Source of the DNA: Rhodoferax sp.
Lineage (GTDB): Bacteria > Pseudomonadota > Gammaproteobacteria > Burkholderiales > Burkholderiaceae_C
Reading direction: 5' to 3'
NCBI GenBank assembly: GCA_030682475.1
Contig: JAUXOA010000101.1
Span: 10,202 to 34,201, forward strand
Length of the DNA stretch: 24,000 bases
Every line of letters begins with the position of its first letter. Positions within the stretch are counted from its first letter, which is position 1. This document shows positions 18,335 through 24,000 of the stretch, one piece after another. Position numbers and translations under genes: made by a program. Below the pieces are notes generated by a model that did not search any database, was not told where the DNA came from, and saw only the letters and a list, made by a program, of their open reading frames with translations.

Positions 18335-18491
18335 TTGTGGGACATCCTGAAAGCTTGCGGGACAGACCGTATTCTGAGATTTTGCGGGACAGACCGCAGT
18401 TACGCGAAGCGAACAAGCTCTGTCCTCAACTATTCAAGGCGAGCCAGATCTGTCCTAAACCGTTCAAGGGCCAGCCCTGTCCCCAACTGAT
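18335..18491 (+). repeat. Cluster of the same element in the cbbF-cbbP spacer: three 5' arms, one inner hairpin, three 3' arms
   Basis: The 5' arms GGGACA(GA) are at 18339, 18359 and 18386. The full copy spans 18382-18434 with the inner hairpin at 18403-18411. The 3' arms (T)CTGTCC(T/C) are at 18419, 18449 and 18477. All are in the same orientation. Confidence 0.85.
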
Positions 18492-18514
18492 TTTTAACTT
18501 ACGGAGACGCCACC

Positions 18515-19393
18515 ATGTCTGAACGCCATCCCATCATTGCCATCACCGGATCAAGCGGTGCGGGCACCACCTCGGTCACGCGCAGCTTCGAAACCATCTT
18601 CCGGCGTGAGAATGTCAATGCCGCCATCATCGAGGGCGACAGCTTTCACCGCTACGACCGCAAGGACATGAAAGTGAAAGCCGCCGAGGCCGAGGCGCTC
18701 GGCAACAATAACTTCAGCCACTTTGGATCGGATAACAACCTGTTTGCCGAGCTGGCGGAGCTGTTTCGCGCCTATGCTGAAACCGGCACCGGCCAACGCC
18801 GCAAATACCTGCACGACACCGAAGAAGCCGCCCCCTACAAGCAGCAGCCCGGCACCTTCACTCCCTGGGAAGATGTGCCCGCCAATACCGACCTGCTGTT
18901 CTACGAAGGCCTGCACGGCGCGGTGGTCACACCCGAGGTCAACATCGCGCAGCACCCGGACCTGCTGATCGGCGTGGTGCCAGTCATCAATCTGGAGTGG
19001 ATCCAGAAGCTGTACCGTGACAAGTCCAAGCGCGGCTACAGCACCGAAGCGGTGACCGACACCATCCTGCGCCGCATGCCCGACTACGTGAACTACATCT
19101 GCCCGCAGTTCATGCACACGCATGTGAACTTCCAGCGCGTGCCCACGGTGGACACCTCCAACCCCTTCATTGCAAAGGAGATTCCAACGCCCGACGAGAG
19201 CATGGTGGTGATCCGCTTTGCCAACCCCAAGGGCATCGACTTTCAATACCTGCGCAACATGATCGACGCCAGCTTCATGAGCCGCGCCAACACCATCGTG
19301 GTGCCCGGCGGCAAGATGGAACTGGCCATGCAACTGATCTTCACGCCCTTTGTCTGGCGCATGATGGAGCGGAAAAAAAAGCGGGCCTCCTGA
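18515..19393 (+). CDS. cbbP: Phosphoribulokinase
   Basis: 292 aa. The P-loop region is HPIIAITGSSGAGTTSV, and EGDSFHRYDR and LFYEGLHG blocks are present. A GGAG SD lies 8 nt upstream. Confidence 0.94.
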   Translation: MSERHPIIAITGSSGAGTTSVTRSFETIFRRENVNAAIIEGDSFHRYDRKDMKVKAAEAEALGNNNFSHFGSDNNLFAELAELFRAYAETGTGQRRKYLHDTEEAAPYKQQPGTFTPWEDVPANTDLLFYEGLHGAVVTPEVNIAQHPDLLIGVVPVINLEWIQKLYRDKSKRGYSTEAVTDTILRRMPDYVNYICPQFMHTHVNFQRVPTVDTSNPFIAKEIPTPDESMVVIRFANPKGIDFQYLRNMIDASFMSRANTIVVPGGKMELAMQLIFTPFVWRMMERKKKRAS

Positions 19394-19395
19394 AA

Positions 19396-19601
19396 TCCTG
19401 AAATATTGTGGGACAGACCGCAGTTACACGAAGTGAACAAGCTCTGTCCCCAACTGATCGTCAGATGCTGGATGTTCGCCAGCTCCGTCCCCAACTTGAA
19501 ACGGGATGTTGGTTGTCTGCCAGCTCTGTCCCCAACACTCCTGAAACTTTGTGGGACAGACCGCAGCTACACGCAGTGAGCCAGCTCTGTCCCCAACTAA
19601 T
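19396..19601 (+). repeat. Cluster of the same element in the cbbP-cbbT spacer: two full copies flanking two extra 3'-arm units
   Basis: The full copies are 19406-19458 and 19549-19601. The 3' arms are at 19443, 19484, 19525 (41-bp phasing) and 19586. TCCTGAAA-NN-TTGTGGGACAGACCG leaders are at 19396 and 19539. Confidence 0.85.
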
Positions 19602-19623
19602 TAGATATGAAAAGTGAAAAACA

Positions 19624-21657
19624 ATGAATACGCCTTCACCTGAACTAGCCCGCCAAATGGCCAACGCCATCCGCATGCTCGCCGTCGATGCGGTCGAAAA
19701 AGCCAAGTCCGGCCACCCCGGTGCGCCCATGGGCATGGCCGACATTGCCGAGGTGCTGTGGAACCGGCACCTCAAGCACAACCCGGCCAATCCGCACTGG
19801 CCGGACCGCGACCGCTTCGTGCTGAGTAACGGCCACGGCTCGATGCTGATCTACGCGCTCTTGCACCTCACGGGCTACGACCTGCCGATGGCCGAGCTGA
19901 AGAACTTCCGCCAGTTGCACAGCAAGACCGCCGGCCACCCCGAAGTGGGCGTGACGCCCGGTGTGGAAACCACCACCGGCCCGCTCGGCCAGGGCCTGAC
20001 CAACGCGGTGGGCATGGCGCTGGCCGAGAAACTGCTGGCAGCCGAGTTCAACAAGTCCGGCCAGGCGATAGTGGACCACTTCACCTACACCTTCATGGGC
20101 GACGGTTGCCTGATGGAAGGCATCAGCCACGAAGCCTGCTCGCTGGCCGGCACGCTGCGCCTGTCCAAGCTGATCGGTTTTTACGACGACAACGGCATCT
20201 CGATCGACGGCCACGTGGAGGGCTGGTTCACCGACGACACGCCCAAGCGCTTTGAGGCCTACGGCTGGCACGTGATCCCGGCGGTAGACGGGCACGACAG
20301 TGCCGCCCTGGACGTCGCCGTACGCGCGGCGAAAGCCCAAGCCGCCTTGCCCGGCGGCAAGCCGACGCTGATTTGCTGCAAGACCGTGATTGGCATGGGC
20401 TCGCCCAACAAGGCGGGTACGCACGACGTGCATGGCGCCGCGCTGGGCACCACTGAGGTGGCGGCCACCCGCGCTGCCCTGGGCTGGACCGCCGCCCCGT
20501 TTGAAGTGCCCGCTGAGGTGGCCACCGCCTGGAACGCGGTGGAACGCGGTCAGGCCGCCGAGCGCGCTTGGGCGCTGCGCTTTGAAGCCTACCGCACGCA
20601 GTACCCGCTGGAGGCAGCCGAGTTCGAGCGCCGCATGGCGGGCGAGCTGCTGCCGGCTTTTGCCGACAAGCTGCCCGAGCTGCTGGCCGCCATTGCCGCC
20701 AAACCCGATGCCATTGCGACGCGCAAGGCCAGCCAGAATGCGCTGGACGCACTCAGCGCCCTGGTGCCCGAATTTTTTGGCGGCAGCGCCGACTTGACCG
20801 GCTCCAACCTGACCAACTTCAAGGGTTGCGTCAAAGCCGGGCGTGGCAAGGACGGGCAGTTTGTGGCCGGCAACCACATGAGCTACGGCGTGCGCGAATT
20901 CGGCATGGCGGCCATCATGAACGGCATCGCGCTGCACGGCGGCTACATTCCTTACGGCGGCACCTTCCTGACTTTCAGCGACTACAGCCGCAACGCCATT
21001 CGGATGGCCGCGCTGATGAAGCTGCGCGTGATCCACGTCTTCACCCACGACTCAATCGGCCTGGGCGAAGACGGCCCGACGCATCAGAGCGTGGAGCACA
21101 TTCCCAGTCTGCGCATCATTCCGGGCCTCGACGTGTGGCGTCCCGCTGACGGGCTGGAGACGGCCCTGGCCTGGACCTGCGCGATTGAACGCAAGGACGG
21201 CCCCAGTGCCCTCTGCCTGTCGCGCCAGAACCTGCCGCGTCTGACCGACGTGGCGATGGCGACGCGCATCCGCCAGGGCGGCTACGTGCTGTCCGACATG
21301 GAAGGCGCACAGGCCGTGATCCTCTCCACCGGCTCGGAGTTGGAGCTGGCTATCGCAGCGCAGGCCACGCTGGCCGCCGAGGGCATTGCCACCCGTGTCG
21401 TGTCCATGCCCTGCACCAATGTGTTTGACCGCCAGAGCGCGGCCTACCAGGAGCAGGTGTTGCCGCTGGCCCTGCCTGCGGTAGCGATCGAGGCCGCGCA
21501 CCCGGACTTCTGGCGCAAGTATGTGGGTCGCACCGGTGTGGTGGTCGGCATCGCCAGCTTCGGCGAATCCGCTCCGGCCAAAGACCTGTACGCCCACTTC
21601 GGCATCACGTCGGCGCGCGTGGTGGATGCTGTGCGCACGCTGGCGAGCCGCCGATGA
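19624..21657 (+). CDS. cbbT: Transketolase
   Basis: 677 aa. Contains [18 protein letters not shown], the ThDP motif [13 protein letters not shown] and [14 protein letters not shown]. Confidence 0.96.
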   Translation: MNTPSPELARQMANAIRMLAVDAVEKAKSGHPGAPMGMADIAEVLWNRHLKHNPANPHWPDRDRFVLSNGHGSMLIYALLHLTGYDLPMAELKNFRQLHSKTAGHPEVGVTPGVETTTGPLGQGLTNAVGMALAEKLLAAEFNKSGQAIVDHFTYTFMGDGCLMEGISHEACSLAGTLRLSKLIGFYDDNGISIDGHVEGWFTDDTPKRFEAYGWHVIPAVDGHDSAALDVAVRAAKAQAALPGGKPTLICCKTVIGMGSPNKAGTHDVHGAALGTTEVAATRAALGWTAAPFEVPAEVATAWNAVERGQAAERAWALRFEAYRTQYPLEAAEFERRMAGELLPAFADKLPELLAAIAAKPDAIATRKASQNALDALSALVPEFFGGSADLTGSNLTNFKGCVKAGRGKDGQFVAGNHMSYGVREFGMAAIMNGIALHGGYIPYGGTFLTFSDYSRNAIRMAALMKLRVIHVFTHDSIGLGEDGPTHQSVEHIPSLRIIPGLDVWRPADGLETALAWTCAIERKDGPSALCLSRQNLPRLTDVAMATRIRQGGYVLSDMEGAQAVILSTGSELELAIAAQATLAAEGIATRVVSMPCTNVFDRQSAAYQEQVLPLALPAVAIEAAHPDFWRKYVGRTGVVVGIASFGESAPAKDLYAHFGITSARVVDAVRTLASRR

Positions 21658-22325
21658 ACCCGATGTTTGACCTGGTCATGTTCGATCTGGACGGCACGCT
21701 GATCGAAACCGCGCCGGAAATCTGCGACGCGACCAACGACACCCTGCGTCACTTTGGCTTGCCCGAGGTAACGCAGCAGCAGGTCAACGACTGGATCGGC
21801 CACGGCACGCGCGAGCTGCTGATCCAGGCGCTGGCCTGCAGTAAAAATAGCAGCGTGGAGGCGGTGCGCAGCAGTGACAGTCTGGCCTTGAATCTGGCCG
21901 AGTTCGACAAGCACTACCAAAACCGCTGCGGTACCCGCAGCCATCTTTACCCCCAGGTGCGCGAGACTTTGGTGGCCCTGCGTGAGCGTGGCGTGAAGCT
22001 GGCCGTGGTCACCAACAAGGAAGGTCGCTACACCGCCACCGTATTGAACGCGCACGAGCTTATGCCGCTGCTGGACTGCGTCGTGAGTGGCGACACGCTG
22101 CCCACCAAAAAGCCCAACCCGGCGGGCATTCAGAGTTGCATGGCACAATTCGGCGTGCCGCGTGAGCGGGCCTTGTTTGTGGGCGATTCCAGCATCGACG
22201 TGGCCACCGCCCGCAACGCGGGCATCTCTGTCTGGGCACTGCCCTATGGCTACAACATGGGGCAGCCGATCGCGGCCTGCGCCCCCGACCGGGTCATCGC
22301 CGATTGCTCATCGCTGCTAAATTAA
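21654..22325 (+). CDS. cbbZ: Phosphoglycolate phosphatase (HAD family)
   Basis: 223 aa. HAD motif I is [14 protein letters not shown], with later VTNK, KKPNPAG and [15 protein letters not shown]. Its ATG overlaps the cbbT stop (ATGA). Confidence 0.88.
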   Translation: MNPMFDLVMFDLDGTLIETAPEICDATNDTLRHFGLPEVTQQQVNDWIGHGTRELLIQALACSKNSSVEAVRSSDSLALNLAEFDKHYQNRCGTRSHLYPQVRETLVALRERGVKLAVVTNKEGRYTATVLNAHELMPLLDCVVSGDTLPTKKPNPAGIQSCMAQFGVPRERALFVGDSSIDVATARNAGISVWALPYGYNMGQPIAACAPDRVIADCSSLLN

Positions 22326-22368
22326 CAGCGGTGAACACCCCCTGCACGAACGCTACAACCAGTTTTAA

Positions 22369-24000
<1,632 letters not shown>

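Noticed and set aside
19443-19533. Three ~18-nt repeats with exact 41-bp phasing, considered as a mini-CRISPR array.
   Set aside because: There are only three units, and the repeat is one arm of the palindromic element found in the other spacers. The intervening spacers share sequence with each other, there are no cas genes in the window, and the location is inside an operon.
19408-19617. A 69-aa ORF filling the cbbP-cbbT spacer, and overlapping minus-strand ORFs at 19243-19494 and 19461-19790.
   Set aside because: The ORF is built entirely from the repeated arms, so the peptide repeats ...QLCPQL/SVPN.... It has no SD, and equivalent ORFs are not conserved in the other two spacers that carry the same element.
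19607-19627. A six-codon mini-ORF (MKSEKQ*) whose TGA overlaps the cbbT ATG, considered as a possible leader peptide.
   Set aside because: It has no SD, lies in an A-rich stretch where such mini-ORFs arise by chance, and I cannot assess conservation.
19645-21048. A 467-aa ORF on the minus strand. Similar long ORFs occur at 11705-12925 (-), 15563-16651 (-), 17502-18416 (-), 18551-19333 (-), 23063-23851 (-), 21444-22148 (-), 22294-22917 (-), 9073-9696 (+), 4093-5040 (+) and 14963-15541 (+).
   Set aside because: All lie antisense to, or out of frame with, genes that have unmistakable conserved motifs (tkt, cbbL/S, cbbY, cbbF, cbbP, pgk and others). Their products are Arg/Gly/Ala/His-rich low-complexity sequence, typical of stop-poor alternative frames in high-GC DNA.

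Overview
This is a high-GC window that looks betaproteobacterial (Burkholderiales/Comamonadaceae-like). That assignment is an inference from protein motifs and gene order, because no search was possible. The left third (1-7.3 kb) is housekeeping: a partial FabG-like SDR, tRNA-Ala(CGC), rfaE2/hldC, a YibF-like GST, purB, yaeQ, a DUF3717/DUF1289 protein, a holin-family membrane protein, a BepA-like M48 protease and moaC. The right two thirds are a Calvin-Benson-Bassham (cbb) locus. It reads cbbR <-> cbbL-cbbS-(terminator)-cbbX, two small unknown ORFs, then a second CbbR-like LysR gene <-> cbbY-cbbE-cbbF-cbbP-cbbT-cbbZ-cbbG-cbbK, with cbbK running off the 3' end. Four things deserve a second look. 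(1) A ~53-nt structured palindromic element, plus detached half-arms, is confined to three consecutive intercistronic gaps of the cbb operon; compensatory base changes between copies preserve an inner GNA-triloop hairpin. (2) A 194-bp direct duplication of the moaC 3' end (7 mismatches, 6 synonymous) brackets a 2.3-kb insert. The insert carries a PglL-type O-oligosaccharyltransferase and a 5'-truncated CbbO/NorD-type VWA gene that is fused directly to the moaC fragment. (3) The classical cbbLSXYEFPTZGK order is split exactly between cbbX and cbbY by two translationally coupled small ORFs and a second LysR gene. (4) cbbLSX and the small ORFs are visibly more AT-rich than their surroundings. All family assignments rest on motifs recognised by eye, and no database search or folding calculation was run.
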